Shown one piece after another: positions 22,494-33,184 of a stretch of 64,000 bases of DNA. A program made the position numbers and the translations under genes. Location of the stretch: the NCBI GenBank assembly GCA_963806535.1, contig CAWDYC010000005.1, positions 32,001-96,000 on the forward strand, in the 5' to 3' direction. The notes under the pieces are model-generated. The model saw nothing but the letters and a program-made list of their open reading frames with translations, was not told the DNA's origin and ran no database searches. The stretch is from Candidatus Bathyarchaeota archaeon. Its GTDB lineage: Archaea; Thermoproteota; Bathyarchaeia; Bathyarchaeales; Bathycorpusculaceae. Position 1 is the stretch's first letter. Every line of letters starts with the position of its first letter.

Positions 22494-22870
22494 TTAGGGC
22501 AGGTTTTAAGCCTATTTTGCCTAAATAGACTAAATTATAGCTTATTTGTCAATACTTCTGAATGAAGTCAAAAATTTTTGCTCGTAAAACAAAAAAGTGA
22601 AACTGCTAGGCTTGAACCCAATGGGACGAATATGTACTCTCCACCATTTTGCCATAACTTTTTCCAAGGGCGCACATACTGCTTGAACTGAAGGCCATGA
22701 TGTTGCCGACCACTTGGCATAGACGTTTGGGCTGCCGATTCCAATGGCAGTGCCAAATGTTGAGCACGACTACGTTCTTACTGATCGGAGAGGAGAAGGT
22801 GCCTTCCAGGTTTTGGCTTTCCCGATTATATTAGCTTACTGCTAAGGCTGGTCATGCTAAATATTCTGAT

Positions 22871-23527
22871 CTAACCTATGATTATTATGTAGATTCCGAC
22901 GGCGACAATAATGAAGCCTACTATTGAATCGTTGTATTTCTCAGGGACATGCTCAAATGTTTTGGCAAGTCCTTTGGCCCCAACTTGAACAAGAACCAAT
23001 TGAGTCAGAATTGAAGTTACTACGAAGATGATGAGAAGATACGATGCAAACAGTACACCAACTGTGATAGAACCAAGGAAGATGGGCGTGATACTTAAAT
23101 CGGGAGAAAGTGCCGCTCCTAAAACGGCAAAATAGCCAATCCCCTTAAGGCTTGGCGTATTCTTTTTTTCCCTCTCAAATAATTTCTCTTCCGGAGTAAT
23201 CTCCTCTTTCTTTTTGGACACAAGAGCCCTTACACCAATAAAAAGACCCACTGCAAGCATAATGAATCCGACAGCGTATGAAATGTAGGAAGAGATTAGT
23301 CTTGAAAACAATAGACCCACGACGGCGATTCCAAATCCCAACACCGCAGAAAGAAAAGAGTGACCCACCGCAGTTACAAGAGATATGCTAAACAATTTTC
23401 TGTTGTTCCAACCGGATGCGCGACTGAGAACGCAAAGCGTAACCCAGTGGTCTGGAGCAGACATATGTAAGACTCCGACAAGTGCCGCCCCAATCAACAA
23501 TGGAGCAAGGTCAGTCATGAAAATCAA
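22871..23527 (-). CDS. Putative Ni/Co transporter-like membrane protein
   Basis: LH...PDHW and GH motifs in TM1/TM2; 6 TM segments. Confidence 0.65.
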   Translation of the reverse strand: MIFMTDLAPLLIGAALVGVLHMSAPDHWVTLCVLSRASGWNNRKLFSISLVTAVGHSFLSAVLGFGIAVVGLLFSRLISSYISYAVGFIMLAVGLFIGVRALVSKKKEEITPEEKLFEREKKNTPSLKGIGYFAVLGAALSPDLSITPIFLGSITVGVLFASYLLIIFVVTSILTQLVLVQVGAKGLAKTFEHVPEKYNDSIVGFIIVAVGIYIIIIG

Positions 23528-23534
23528 CCAAACG

Positions 23535-24320
23535 CTAAACGGTTTCAGTGCTCTTGTTTAGCATTAGTGGTTTCGGTTTTTCTAATAGGAAGTAAGCTCC
23601 TCCATTAATGTCGCCTTCTTCTAGCAACCTGAAATTAGTTCGCTTGAATAGAACTCTCCAACTCTCTTTTGTTCCCATCGCAACTAAACTGAGGAAACTT
23701 GCAATGGCGAAAGTCGCATAGTTTCGTACGATTACAACAAGTAGAAACTTGCCTCCTGGTTTTAGAACACGGTTGAGTTCTTGAAGAGCAGACATTTTTT
23801 TCTCGCCAAGATGATCCATCATGTAAGAGCTGACAAGCGTATCGAAGGTATCATCATCGAATTTGAGCCTTGTCACATCACCTTGAACAACTTGGACCCT
23901 GTCAGTGATATTAGCGGTTTTTAAGTTGGCTTCCAGCAGAGTCTTGCCACCGTTTTCGATATAAGACGCATCAAACCTATCGACTGCAACAATTCTGCCT
24001 TTTCTTGCTATTTTACTCAGCGCAATTGATGTTCGGCCATGACCGCAACCTGCATCAAGAATTAAGTCATGATCGGAAGCAAAGAGGTCTACAAAAGGCA
24101 GCACTAACTCTGACTCCATACGGTTTACGAATCTGAGAATTGCATCTCCAGCGAAAAGGTTGAGAGAAATCAGGAATGGCAGTAATGCAGCTATTTTTAA
24201 GGATGGGAGAAAAATGTAAATTGCTGTGGATATGGCAAGAAAGATTACTCCTCCAGCTAAGAAACCAAACGTCCAAGTTTTTCCCCAGCCGAAATTGAAC
24301 TTAACAGTTTTTGTTTGCAT
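23535..24320 (-). CDS. Membrane-anchored class I SAM methyltransferase
   Basis: ILDAGCGHG, GDVTRL.F.D..FD, RVLKPGG; N-terminal TM segments. Confidence 0.85.
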   Translation of the reverse strand: MQTKTVKFNFGWGKTWTFGFLAGGVIFLAISTAIYIFLPSLKIAALLPFLISLNLFAGDAILRFVNRMESELVLPFVDLFASDHDLILDAGCGHGRTSIALSKIARKGRIVAVDRFDASYIENGGKTLLEANLKTANITDRVQVVQGDVTRLKFDDDTFDTLVSSYMMDHLGEKKMSALQELNRVLKPGGKFLLVVIVRNYATFAIASFLSLVAMGTKESWRVLFKRTNFRLLEEGDINGGAYFLLEKPKPLMLNKSTETV

Positions 24321-24322
24321 GA

Positions 24323-24829
24323 CTATTTCAGTCCTTCTTGTTTTGATCTTTTATCTGATGAGTCGACAATTTCGTTTACGAATTTAGTCAATATATCGCG
24401 GTTTTTGGAGATCATCATTAAATGCTGTTTGATTGCTTGCAGAAAGTCGACCATGAAACGTTTTTCTTTTTCTGAGAATTGATTATAGAGTTGCTTTGTG
24501 GCTTCGCTGTGAAGAAACCGGATCGTGGTCAAAGCCTTTTCGCCCTCTGGCGTTAGGCAAAAGTTCCACGAACGTTTGTCTTTGGGATCAAGTGTTCTTT
24601 TGATGTACCCTTTTTCCTCAAGCAGTTTTGTTTTATGAGTAATGTTTGAGTAAGTTGTTTGCAGTTTTTGCGATAGGTCTTTGGTGGTTGAAATGTTTTC
24701 GCTTATGAACCCGAGTATTTCGTAACTTGTCATAGCTATTCCGTATCTAGAGAACAGCATATCGCCAGTTCTGTCTAGCATTCTAGCGGTTTCAAGTATG
24801 CTTTCGGTTATTTCGGTATTAACGCTCAT
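24323..24829 (-). CDS. MarR family regulator
   Basis: LEEKGYIKR..DPKDKRS...LT.EG. Confidence 0.88.
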   Translation of the reverse strand: MSVNTEITESILETARMLDRTGDMLFSRYGIAMTSYEILGFISENISTTKDLSQKLQTTYSNITHKTKLLEEKGYIKRTLDPKDKRSWNFCLTPEGEKALTTIRFLHSEATKQLYNQFSEKEKRFMVDFLQAIKQHLMMISKNRDILTKFVNEIVDSSDKRSKQEGLK

Positions 24830-24953
24830 ACCAAGAAAGAATTGTTTACTTTAATAAATAGTTTACTTATATAAACCAAATATTATTGTGTAATCAAAAT
24901 ATTAAGAAAATTTCATCAACAGCCAGAATTTTCTGCAGAGAAAAGTAAGCTTT

Positions 24954-25550
24954 TCAAGAATTTGAAGTAGTGTTACTCTTTCTCGAGTTGTCTAGAGCAA
25001 CTTTAGTCTGCACAATCATTTTTCCTAAGTGCCTCGCAGAGTCTATACCTTCCTGATCTTTAGCAACTTCTCCCTTCTCTCGCGCAATCGAGAATGCTCG
25101 TCCGCCGCTTGGAATAGTCATCCCAACAGCAGTCATGAATGTAATCATCTGGTTACAGGTGTTCGAAACCCCTGACCGACGAGCAACAGCGATTACTCCG
25201 CCCACCTTCTCCGCAAAGTCTTTTCTTCTTCTGGCTAATGCGAGAAAACCTATCCTGTCAATGAAGGTCTTCATTTGAGCGGTGACCCCTTGAAAATAGG
25301 AAGGACTGCCTAATATGATTCCGTCAGCCTTCACCATCTCCTGGTAAAGGTTTTCGCCGTCATCGTCTGTAACGCATTTCTTAGTGCTAAAGCATGCCAT
25401 ACAACCGTTGCAGGGCTGAATTCGATAATCAGAAATTCGAATAAGTTTTACTTCTGCGCCATCTGCTTTTGCAGCTGCCAAAGCTTCCTGTAGAATCATG
25501 TCTGTGTTGCCGCCTACCCTGGGACTACCGCTTAGCCCAATTATAAGCAC
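24954..25550 (-). CDS. Iron-sulfur flavoprotein / flavodoxin family
   Basis: GSPR..GNT, CxxCxxCx5C, GSPSYF, KTFIDR. Confidence 0.88.
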   Translation of the reverse strand: MLIIGLSGSPRVGGNTDMILQEALAAAKADGAEVKLIRISDYRIQPCNGCMACFSTKKCVTDDDGENLYQEMVKADGIILGSPSYFQGVTAQMKTFIDRIGFLALARRRKDFAEKVGGVIAVARRSGVSNTCNQMITFMTAVGMTIPSGGRAFSIAREKGEVAKDQEGIDSARHLGKMIVQTKVALDNSRKSNTTSNS

Positions 25551-25912
25551 TTATATTACCTCAAAAGCTCACTCTTCAAACCTATTGATTAACTGTTTGG
25601 TCCAAGAACCTTGTCAGAGTTTTTCAAAATACCTTTTAGGGGGATAAACCTTAACTTTAGACAGGAGCTCTCAAAGTTAAAAACAACTGTGAAAAGATAA
25701 GAAGAAATAAAGCACGCGTTACCTAAAAAAGCAGGATTTGAGTGAAGAATATTTGGTCGAAATAAGCCCTATTTTCGGTACAATTTGAGGCGAGCTAGCT
25801 ATTAAATAATGAAAAAGATTAGAAGACTAGGCGGAAAATCCGTTGGGAGAAATATTGGAACGAGATAACGACTTGATTGTTAATTACTTTTTTAGCATTG
25901 TAATAGAACGGT

Positions 25913-27811
25913 TTGCGTCGGTTGGTATCTAAATTGCCACATGAATCATCTGCGGATGAGAAAACATCAGACAAGCAACAGAGCAAAGATATCAAACGGC
26001 AGCTCTCATTTAGCGATGTTTTCTTCCTCTCGTTTGGCGGACAATCTCCACTTCTTAGTCTTTTGACCTACGGTGCTGTGGCCCTGAGTTTAGGAGGATA
26101 TTTCGCCCCAATAATTATTCTAATAGGGACAGCCGTTGTCCTTGTAAATGGCTTGGTGGTCAATAGACTTTCGAAGCGCTTCACATCTTTTGGTGGATAT
26201 TACACGTACGCCATGAATTTGCTGTCAGAACGTTTCGGATTCCAAACTGGATGGATGTATCTCTACTTTTCAATCCTTTTTGGATCAGCATACGTTATAG
26301 GGACGGTCTACATCGTCAACTACGTTTTCGGAATATCACCCGTAGTGATTGCCTTAGCAATAACGATTCCGGCTTTTTTCTTGCTAATCTTCGGAGTAAA
26401 ACCAACAGCAAAATACGCCATATTTGCGGGGATAATTGAAATAGTTGTCTTGATAGCGTTCTTTTTATTCTCTATCTACTTTTCTCACAACACGTTTTAT
26501 TCCCCAATATCTTACCCCGGAGCCACTAACATCTCTGTGGGACAACTTGCTCTGGCCATCGTCTTTGTAATGGGTATTCCTTTGGGATACAGTGCGATAG
26601 CTCCAATCTCAGGTGAAATCATCGGTGCTGAGAAGGTTGTTGGGAAGACAATGATTTATGTAATTCTCATTGGCGGTTCTCTTGCAGCAGTTTTCATTTA
26701 CGGGCTCATAAATCTGCTTGTTTCAAACGGCGTTAGTATCACCAGTGTCTCATCTGGAAGCGGTCTTGTAGTTATCAATTTGGTAAACACATACTTCGGT
26801 AGTTTTGGAAAATATTTTGTCTTAATCCTTGCAGTAGCGGCAATAAACGATGGTGTACTGGCGGTCCTTTCCCTATCTTCTGCGGCTTCACGAACCATAT
26901 TCAAGATGAGCCTAGATCAAGCTCTCCCAGGCTTCTTTTCTAAACAACTTAGCGGACAGCCAATAGTGGCAAATGTGTCCGCGGGAATCGCATCTTTACT
27001 AATTTCAACGCTATTATTGATACCATTCCAGCCTTCCGTGGTTTTCATTGCTCTTGGAACCACTTCCATTTTTGGCGAATTGTTCATTCATCTAGCTGCG
27101 AACTTTTCTCTTTTGAGAGTCAGCCTGCGCAGAATGAGGAGAAAGCTATTTGGAGGTTTCAGTTCCCTACGCACGATATTTTATCCATTTGGAGAAATTG
27201 CCCTTGCTTTTTCTGCAGTCATTATAACCGCTCTTGTTCTGGTCTTCTCTATGCTTTCCGCTTCGCTGCTATATGTCGTTTTTTTCCTTGGGTGGATAGT
27301 TGTGGGTTATCTTCTTTCCGATGTTAAAGAGATTGCATTTCAGGTTCCAACACCCCGTGCAAGAGGCAACAAGTCTGCAAGCCCAGGGTGGCAGAGGATA
27401 AGTAGCTTGACTGCAGTTGAAATCAGCAGTGAATTGCCAGATGTAGTGGTTAATGTGGATGACCCGTTGAAGGTCGCGTTGAAAAAGTGTCTTGATCTAG
27501 ATTCTCCTGCTGCAATAGTTGTAGACAAAGAGGATAGACCAGTTGGGACGATACTTTTTCGCGACATCGTAACATTGATTGAGGACGAAATAAACACCTG
27601 CATCGTGAGTGATTATGCTTCAACTGAAGTTGTGACCGTAGCTGGTAACGCGTTAGCTTTGAATCTTGCAGAAGTTTTTGGTCAAACTTGCATGCCTATA
27701 CTTGCAATTGTTGACGATAACGGTAAACTCGTGGGCACTATCAGGGAAAGGGAAATTATAAAGAAAATAGCTTCAGTACAAGAGATCTATTTCCTTGAAA
27801 AGTCAAATTAG
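25913..27811 (+). CDS. APC-family amino acid permease fused to a C-terminal CBS pair
   Basis: GGYYTY, GF.TGW.Y, SR.IF.M..D..LP; C-terminal VVD....VG repeats. Confidence 0.85.
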   Translation: MRRLVSKLPHESSADEKTSDKQQSKDIKRQLSFSDVFFLSFGGQSPLLSLLTYGAVALSLGGYFAPIIILIGTAVVLVNGLVVNRLSKRFTSFGGYYTYAMNLLSERFGFQTGWMYLYFSILFGSAYVIGTVYIVNYVFGISPVVIALAITIPAFFLLIFGVKPTAKYAIFAGIIEIVVLIAFFLFSIYFSHNTFYSPISYPGATNISVGQLALAIVFVMGIPLGYSAIAPISGEIIGAEKVVGKTMIYVILIGGSLAAVFIYGLINLLVSNGVSITSVSSGSGLVVINLVNTYFGSFGKYFVLILAVAAINDGVLAVLSLSSAASRTIFKMSLDQALPGFFSKQLSGQPIVANVSAGIASLLISTLLLIPFQPSVVFIALGTTSIFGELFIHLAANFSLLRVSLRRMRRKLFGGFSSLRTIFYPFGEIALAFSAVIITALVLVFSMLSASLLYVVFFLGWIVVGYLLSDVKEIAFQVPTPRARGNKSASPGWQRISSLTAVEISSELPDVVVNVDDPLKVALKKCLDLDSPAAIVVDKEDRPVGTILFRDIVTLIEDEINTCIVSDYASTEVVTVAGNALALNLAEVFGQTCMPILAIVDDNGKLVGTIREREIIKKIASVQEIYFLEKSN

Positions 27812-27972
27812 GCAAAATCTCCAACGTTATGTGGCTTTTCAATTAGTGAATGCGCAGGTGTAAGCGTCTGTGCCGGAAATTTGCTTATTTCCCTGAATTT
27901 TTAATTTATTAAATGATTAATTTTTTATAGGGCATTATAACATTCGAATAACTTAATGAGAGAGGGAAAGGA

Positions 27973-28251
27973 TTGACCAGCATCAAAAAACGGTTAGACT
28001 ACGTCCTAAACGAGCTATCACACATGGACACCCAGCTTAACTTGGAAGCTTCCAATAGTGTTGCAGCTCAATTGTCAATTATAAAAGATGCCTTTAAAGA
28101 ATCCGACCAGTGTCCAGTATGTTGCTTTGATTACGACGCAAAAGCCCGTATCATTTGCGATGTTAACGGTCCGTTGCCAACTGAGGAATTCATGGGCAAA
28201 TGCAAACAATGTCAGGCTCAAATTAAGCAAGCACTTTCAATTTTATCCTAG
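27973..28251 (+). CDS. Hypothetical Cys-containing protein
   Basis: 92 aa; CPVCC and CKQC; SD upstream. Confidence 0.55.
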   Translation: MTSIKKRLDYVLNELSHMDTQLNLEASNSVAAQLSIIKDAFKESDQCPVCCFDYDAKARIICDVNGPLPTEEFMGKCKQCQAQIKQALSILS

Positions 28252-28356
28252 TTGTTATTTGACTGTGTTAGCCTTAACTTGGTTAAATGTAGCCGTCTCG
28301 TCACAGTCACACATGTTTAAAGCATTCTTTCTATCTAAGCTCTTCAGGGATTTTGA

Positions 28357-28656
28357 ATGGAAAGAAATTCTGAAAACATGATGCAGAAATACCTTGTTTT
28401 AATAAAAGTAGATACTAAACAAACCCTAGATTTCTTAAATTCAATATCTGCACTGTCAAACATGCCGGCAGAAGGTGTAAGACTTGACGCTACCTATAAT
28501 GTCTTTGGAAACTGGGATTTTGCCGTGTGGTTTGAAGCAAATACTAACGAAAACGCTGTTCATTTCGTAGGTGAACAAATTCGCTCAATAAAGGGCGTAA
28601 CTGAAACAGTTACAATGCCCGCGACAGCAGTCAAAGAATATCCTATGAATATGTAA
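28357..28656 (+). CDS. Lrp/AsnC ligand-binding (GYD-like) domain protein
   Basis: VFGNWDF, IRSIKGVTETVT. Confidence 0.7.
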   Translation: MERNSENMMQKYLVLIKVDTKQTLDFLNSISALSNMPAEGVRLDATYNVFGNWDFAVWFEANTNENAVHFVGEQIRSIKGVTETVTMPATAVKEYPMNM

Positions 28657-28782
28657 AACTAATTTCTCCATTTCTTTTTTATTTTAGAGAAAAAATGGTG
28701 ATGTGTTAACTCTATTTTTATTCTCCAGCAGGAGCTAAATTAAACATCTCATTTTAAACCCTATGCGCGGTGGCTAAGGTTT

Positions 28783-29085
28783 TTATGATGCATTAGAAAT
28801 TATCTTCTCTGCAACACTTTGGGGCTGTCGGCTAGCTTGGTCTAGGCTTGTAGACTTGGGCTCTATAGACTCCGGTTCAAATCCGGGCAGCCCCACCATT
28901 GTTCTCAATTTAGAACTTGTATATTCTAAGCTCTGTTGATGATAATAGAAGTTCTTATCTGCTCCAAAATGCCTTGCCCTAGCATAAGACACTTCTCCAT
29001 TCTTCCTAAAGAAAACTTGAATGCTTGAAACAACTTTGTTGTCTCCACAAACCTCACATGGGAATCTATAACCTTTGATTTTCAT
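28783..29085 (-). CDS. int(N)-like CxxC ORF reading antisense through tRNA-Pro
   Basis: MKIKGYRFPCEVCG...YARARHF...YYHQQSLEY..., then MVGLPGFEP (T-arm antisense); SD upstream. Confidence 0.6.
   Translation of the reverse strand: MKIKGYRFPCEVCGDNKVVSSIQVFFRKNGEVSYARARHFGADKNFYYHQQSLEYTSSKLRTMVGLPGFEPESIEPKSTSLDQASRQPQSVAEKIISNAS
28821..28898 (+). tRNA. tRNA-Pro(TGG)
   Basis: GGGGCTG/CAGCCCC acceptor, GTAGA-CTTGGGC-TCTAT, GGTTCAAATCC, ACCA. Confidence 0.95.
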
Positions 29086-29271
29086 TTTTACACTTCCTTA
29101 GTTTTTGGTCCCCAGACTGGTCAACTCTGCATTTAAGGTTCTTCTAACAATTGTTCTTTAGTGGTGTTGAATCATAAACTTAGCTATAAGAGAGTTTTGT
29201 TAAGAAATCTTGAATTGGATTAGTTAAGAAAGTTTTACTGGAAGCCTTTTATCATTTATGTTTTCATAATA

Positions 29272-30108
29272 ATGACTATGAATAGCAAGAGCCAGAGTTT
29301 CGCATTAATCCTGATTCTAATAATGGCTATCTCAAGTCTAAGTCTAATTATGGTTAAACCTTCAAATGCTCAGTCAATACCTATACCGTCTGTTCCTCAA
29401 TTTACTGTCAGGTTTGTAAATGCTTCCAGCACTATTGAAATCTCAATTGAGAGCCAACCTTTTGCTTACTCTAACAATGGTTCGCTATATCAAGAATACT
29501 TTAACATTAGGGTAAAACAGCACTTTGCGGAGTATTGGACTGAAGTCTATCCAATAGTAAATGGCACAAGTTTATTCAATGGAAAAGGACCGACACCATT
29601 AAGGACTGGGAATTTCTCTTACGCAGAATACATTTCTGCAGATTCTCCAATGCAATCGAACTCTGGAGTAAGAGCTAATTTCTATGTCATACCAGTTGAG
29701 TTTCACTTGGAAAATAACACCGTTTTTGAAGGCTATTCAATTCAGAAGATTTATGGAGTTTGGGGTGCAAATCCAATCGGGAATCGTACATTTCTGGATG
29801 AAATTCCAATCGATGCGCAACTTGATTTTCAAGTGCAGGCATTAGTTGGGCATAACTCTACTATGTGGTTTAATATTAGTGGCTTATGGGATGGAGTCGG
29901 TACCTATGTACCTGCTGTTGCTTATGACACAGAAGGCAATTGGAGTAACACACAAACTATAATCATTGGTCAAACTTCAACCTCTGCTCCTGCCTCACCA
30001 ACTCCAACTGTTCCAGAGTTTCCAATGATAGCAATTCCCTTGATTCTCTGTCTTTTATCAGTTGCCATACTTGGATTCAGAAAGTGCAAAGCAGAGAAAT
30101 TACCATAG
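29272..30108 (+). CDS. Secreted surface protein with PEF-CTERM sorting signal
   Basis: Signal peptide, PSVPQFT, C-terminal TPTVPEFP + TM + basic tail. Confidence 0.8.
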   Translation: MTMNSKSQSFALILILIMAISSLSLIMVKPSNAQSIPIPSVPQFTVRFVNASSTIEISIESQPFAYSNNGSLYQEYFNIRVKQHFAEYWTEVYPIVNGTSLFNGKGPTPLRTGNFSYAEYISADSPMQSNSGVRANFYVIPVEFHLENNTVFEGYSIQKIYGVWGANPIGNRTFLDEIPIDAQLDFQVQALVGHNSTMWFNISGLWDGVGTYVPAVAYDTEGNWSNTQTIIIGQTSTSAPASPTPTVPEFPMIAIPLILCLLSVAILGFRKCKAEKLP

Positions 30109-30445
30109 CTAATGTTTTAAAAATAAACTTAATCTTTTTTAGTTTAATATATTCTCAAAACAATTGCTCGAGACCTAACTGAAGGTTGATGAAAAGAGGC
30201 GTTTACAAAACTTGCAATTTTTGTTTTTTTTTAAATGGGAAGTTAATAGTGGTTTGAGGGATTTTGAAAGTTTGTATTATTTTGCGAAAAGTATTTCTAT
30301 TAATTTAGATGGCGAATTTAATTAATAAAAAGAGATTTAAAGTAAACTCATCCAAAATTATATATGCGAAACAATCACATTGTTTTGCTAGACGAAGTGC
30401 AATTTTATGCATTCCGTTCAATAAAATTATAGGAAAAAAGAAAAA

Positions 30446-33184
30446 ATGAAAACATTAAAAATGATAAAAATGAAAACACTGAAAAATAAAACCGCGACTA
30501 TATTGATTGCAACATTCCTTATGCTTTCAATGGCAGCTTCAATGGCACTATCACCAAATGCTCTAGCACAAGTCACTCCTGCACAAGGAACCTCAATTCC
30601 ATCATATGCTCACCTTAACGTGGGTCCCAATCCCGCAGGTGTCGGTCAGACAGTAACGCTCAACATGTTCCTTCTGATTCCAACACTTACAAGTGAACCC
30701 GCCGTAAACATGACCATCGTGGAAACAACACCCGGTGGAACAACAACGACACTTGGACCATTCAAATCAGATGCCACAGGTGGCACATATACCACAATTG
30801 TACCAGATACAGTTGGCAACTATACATTCCAATTCTTCTATGGTGGACAATTAATGACGGACAACGTTACCAACTTGCCTAGCCAAAGTGACAAAGTAAC
30901 ACTTATAGTGCAGCAAGAACCCATTTCTCGAAGTTCATATCCGATAACTCCACAGCCAACATCATGGTGGCAGACTCCAATTAGCGCAGAGAACGTACAA
31001 GAATGGTACAAAATAAGTGGACCATGGCTTGGATATGGTTCAGTTACTTTCGCAGCAACTGGCGGCTACAACAACACTGGCAACTATAATCCATACACTA
31101 CGTCGGTAATGTCTGGTCACGTCTTATGGACAAAGCCTTGGGCAGCAGGCGGAGTGGTTGGAGGAGATAATGGTGGAAACGAGCAGGGCAGCAGTTATTG
31201 GTCAACTTCGCAGTATTGGCCAAAATACGCACCAGTCATCATCAATGGCATAATGTACTCCACACATTTCGTGGAAACCACAGGCTACTCAGACGGCATT
31301 CTTGCAACAGACCTATTCACTGGAGCCAATCTGTGGACGATTAACACTACTAATGCGTTGCTATGCGGTATGGCTACTCAATGGCATACAGTTAACGCGT
31401 ACGGCACTATTGGTCCATACATATGGACAACAGGAACTCTTCCAGCAGCGGACACTGGCGGCAAAGTACCAGCCCTAGGAAGCGGACTCCAATCGTCGAT
31501 CTTTGGTCCAATGTTTGGGCCACTGACACAGTGGAACATGTATTCCGGTTTGACTGGACAATACGTACTTAGTGTTGTCAACGGTACCTCTCCAACACTT
31601 ACGACTGATGATCAAGGAGACATAATCGGCTACTACATCAACAGCACAGCTGGCACTATGACTACATATGGAAACGCACCAGCACAAGGAGTACCACCGA
31701 TAACAGGAAAAGTAACAATCACAGCCAATAATCCTGTACTAGTCGCTTGGAACATGTCACAATTACTAGCCAATACTTGGGGATGGAGTCCAAGCCTGAA
31801 CACCGTAATTGATTTCGGGCTAGGAGTTATGCGGGCTACGCCAATATTCAATAACACTGGTCCAGGCACGCCAACAATAGGTGTAGGCACGAATAATCCA
31901 GCTTTATCGATAAACGGAATAACCAACGGTGCAGTAATGATGACCACAGGATTCACTTTCGGACAAGGCTTCGGAGGCACAGTTAACGGCTTCCTCGTTG
32001 TAGCATCCATGGACGCAAACACTGGCGCTCAACTATGGATCAAGAACCTCACATACTCAGACACAACAACCTTACTACCTTTCACAAGAACACAAATGCA
32101 AATTCAAGACGGAGTTTGGATTAACGCTAACATGGCTAATTGGAACGTTGTAGCTTATGATGCACGTACAGGCGCTCAAAAATGGACAGCTACTCTTACA
32201 GGCTTCAACGGTGCTGCACCAAACCCATACGACCAATTTAACCTCAAAACCTACAATGGACCTGGCTGTATCTACCTCGAAGGCTTCGGCGGAGACATAT
32301 GGTCACTCAACGATCAGACCGGACAACTAAACTGGTACACAAACACAACTGCACTCATTGGTGATCCTGGAATTGAAACCCCGTACTCTATCTGGCCTCT
32401 ATGGACTTTCAGCTGCAGCTGCATGACCAATGATATGGCATATTTCGCTATTGGTCACGAATATAACCCACCGCTGTTCCACGGAGCACAACTACTTGCA
32501 CTTAACGCGACAACTGGACAATTGGCATGGAGCACATTGGACATGTCCATTGAATCCACATCAATCTCAGACGGCATCATGCTATCACGCAACGCATACG
32601 ACAACCAAATATACGCTTTTGGTAAAGGGCCAACCTCTACAACCGTTAATGCCCCCTCAATCGGAGTTTCAACTACCACTCCAATAACCATAACTGGTAC
32701 AGTGATGGACGTTTCCGCAGGTGTTTCCCAAAGTGCAGTCGCAAAGAACTTCCCTAATGGTCTACCAGCCGTTTCCGATTCTAGTCAGAGCCACTGGATG
32801 GAGCATGTATATCAGCAACAACCGTTCCCCGCAGGCACTACTGGCGTTCCAGTTACTATAAGCGTCATAGATTCAAACAACAACTTTAGGACTATCGGCA
32901 CTGCAACAAGCGACTCGAGCGGCACTTATGCTTACACATGGACACCTGATATACCAGGCAACTACACTGTTATCGCAGCATTCGCTGGATCAAATTCATA
33001 CTATGGATCAACAGCTGAGACCCACATCTTCGCTAGCAGCCCATCAGCATCAAATACACCAGTTGCAACTGCTAACTCAAACGTAGCAACCTCATCAGAC
33101 GTCATCTACATCGGAGTTGCAATCATAGTTGTTGTAATCATTATCGGTGCTGTATTAGCAGTGCTGATGATGAGAAAACGCTAA
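30446..33184 (+). CDS. Large PQQ-like beta-propeller cell-surface protein
   Basis: 912 aa; signal peptide; repeated A.D/N..TG...W motifs; C-terminal TM + RKR. Confidence 0.85.
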   Translation: MKTLKMIKMKTLKNKTATILIATFLMLSMAASMALSPNALAQVTPAQGTSIPSYAHLNVGPNPAGVGQTVTLNMFLLIPTLTSEPAVNMTIVETTPGGTTTTLGPFKSDATGGTYTTIVPDTVGNYTFQFFYGGQLMTDNVTNLPSQSDKVTLIVQQEPISRSSYPITPQPTSWWQTPISAENVQEWYKISGPWLGYGSVTFAATGGYNNTGNYNPYTTSVMSGHVLWTKPWAAGGVVGGDNGGNEQGSSYWSTSQYWPKYAPVIINGIMYSTHFVETTGYSDGILATDLFTGANLWTINTTNALLCGMATQWHTVNAYGTIGPYIWTTGTLPAADTGGKVPALGSGLQSSIFGPMFGPLTQWNMYSGLTGQYVLSVVNGTSPTLTTDDQGDIIGYYINSTAGTMTTYGNAPAQGVPPITGKVTITANNPVLVAWNMSQLLANTWGWSPSLNTVIDFGLGVMRATPIFNNTGPGTPTIGVGTNNPALSINGITNGAVMMTTGFTFGQGFGGTVNGFLVVASMDANTGAQLWIKNLTYSDTTTLLPFTRTQMQIQDGVWINANMANWNVVAYDARTGAQKWTATLTGFNGAAPNPYDQFNLKTYNGPGCIYLEGFGGDIWSLNDQTGQLNWYTNTTALIGDPGIETPYSIWPLWTFSCSCMTNDMAYFAIGHEYNPPLFHGAQLLALNATTGQLAWSTLDMSIESTSISDGIMLSRNAYDNQIYAFGKGPTSTTVNAPSIGVSTTTPITITGTVMDVSAGVSQSAVAKNFPNGLPAVSDSSQSHWMEHVYQQQPFPAGTTGVPVTISVIDSNNNFRTIGTATSDSSGTYAYTWTPDIPGNYTVIAAFAGSNSYYGSTAETHIFASSPSASNTPVATANSNVATSSDVIYIGVAIIVVVIIIGAVLAVLMMRKR

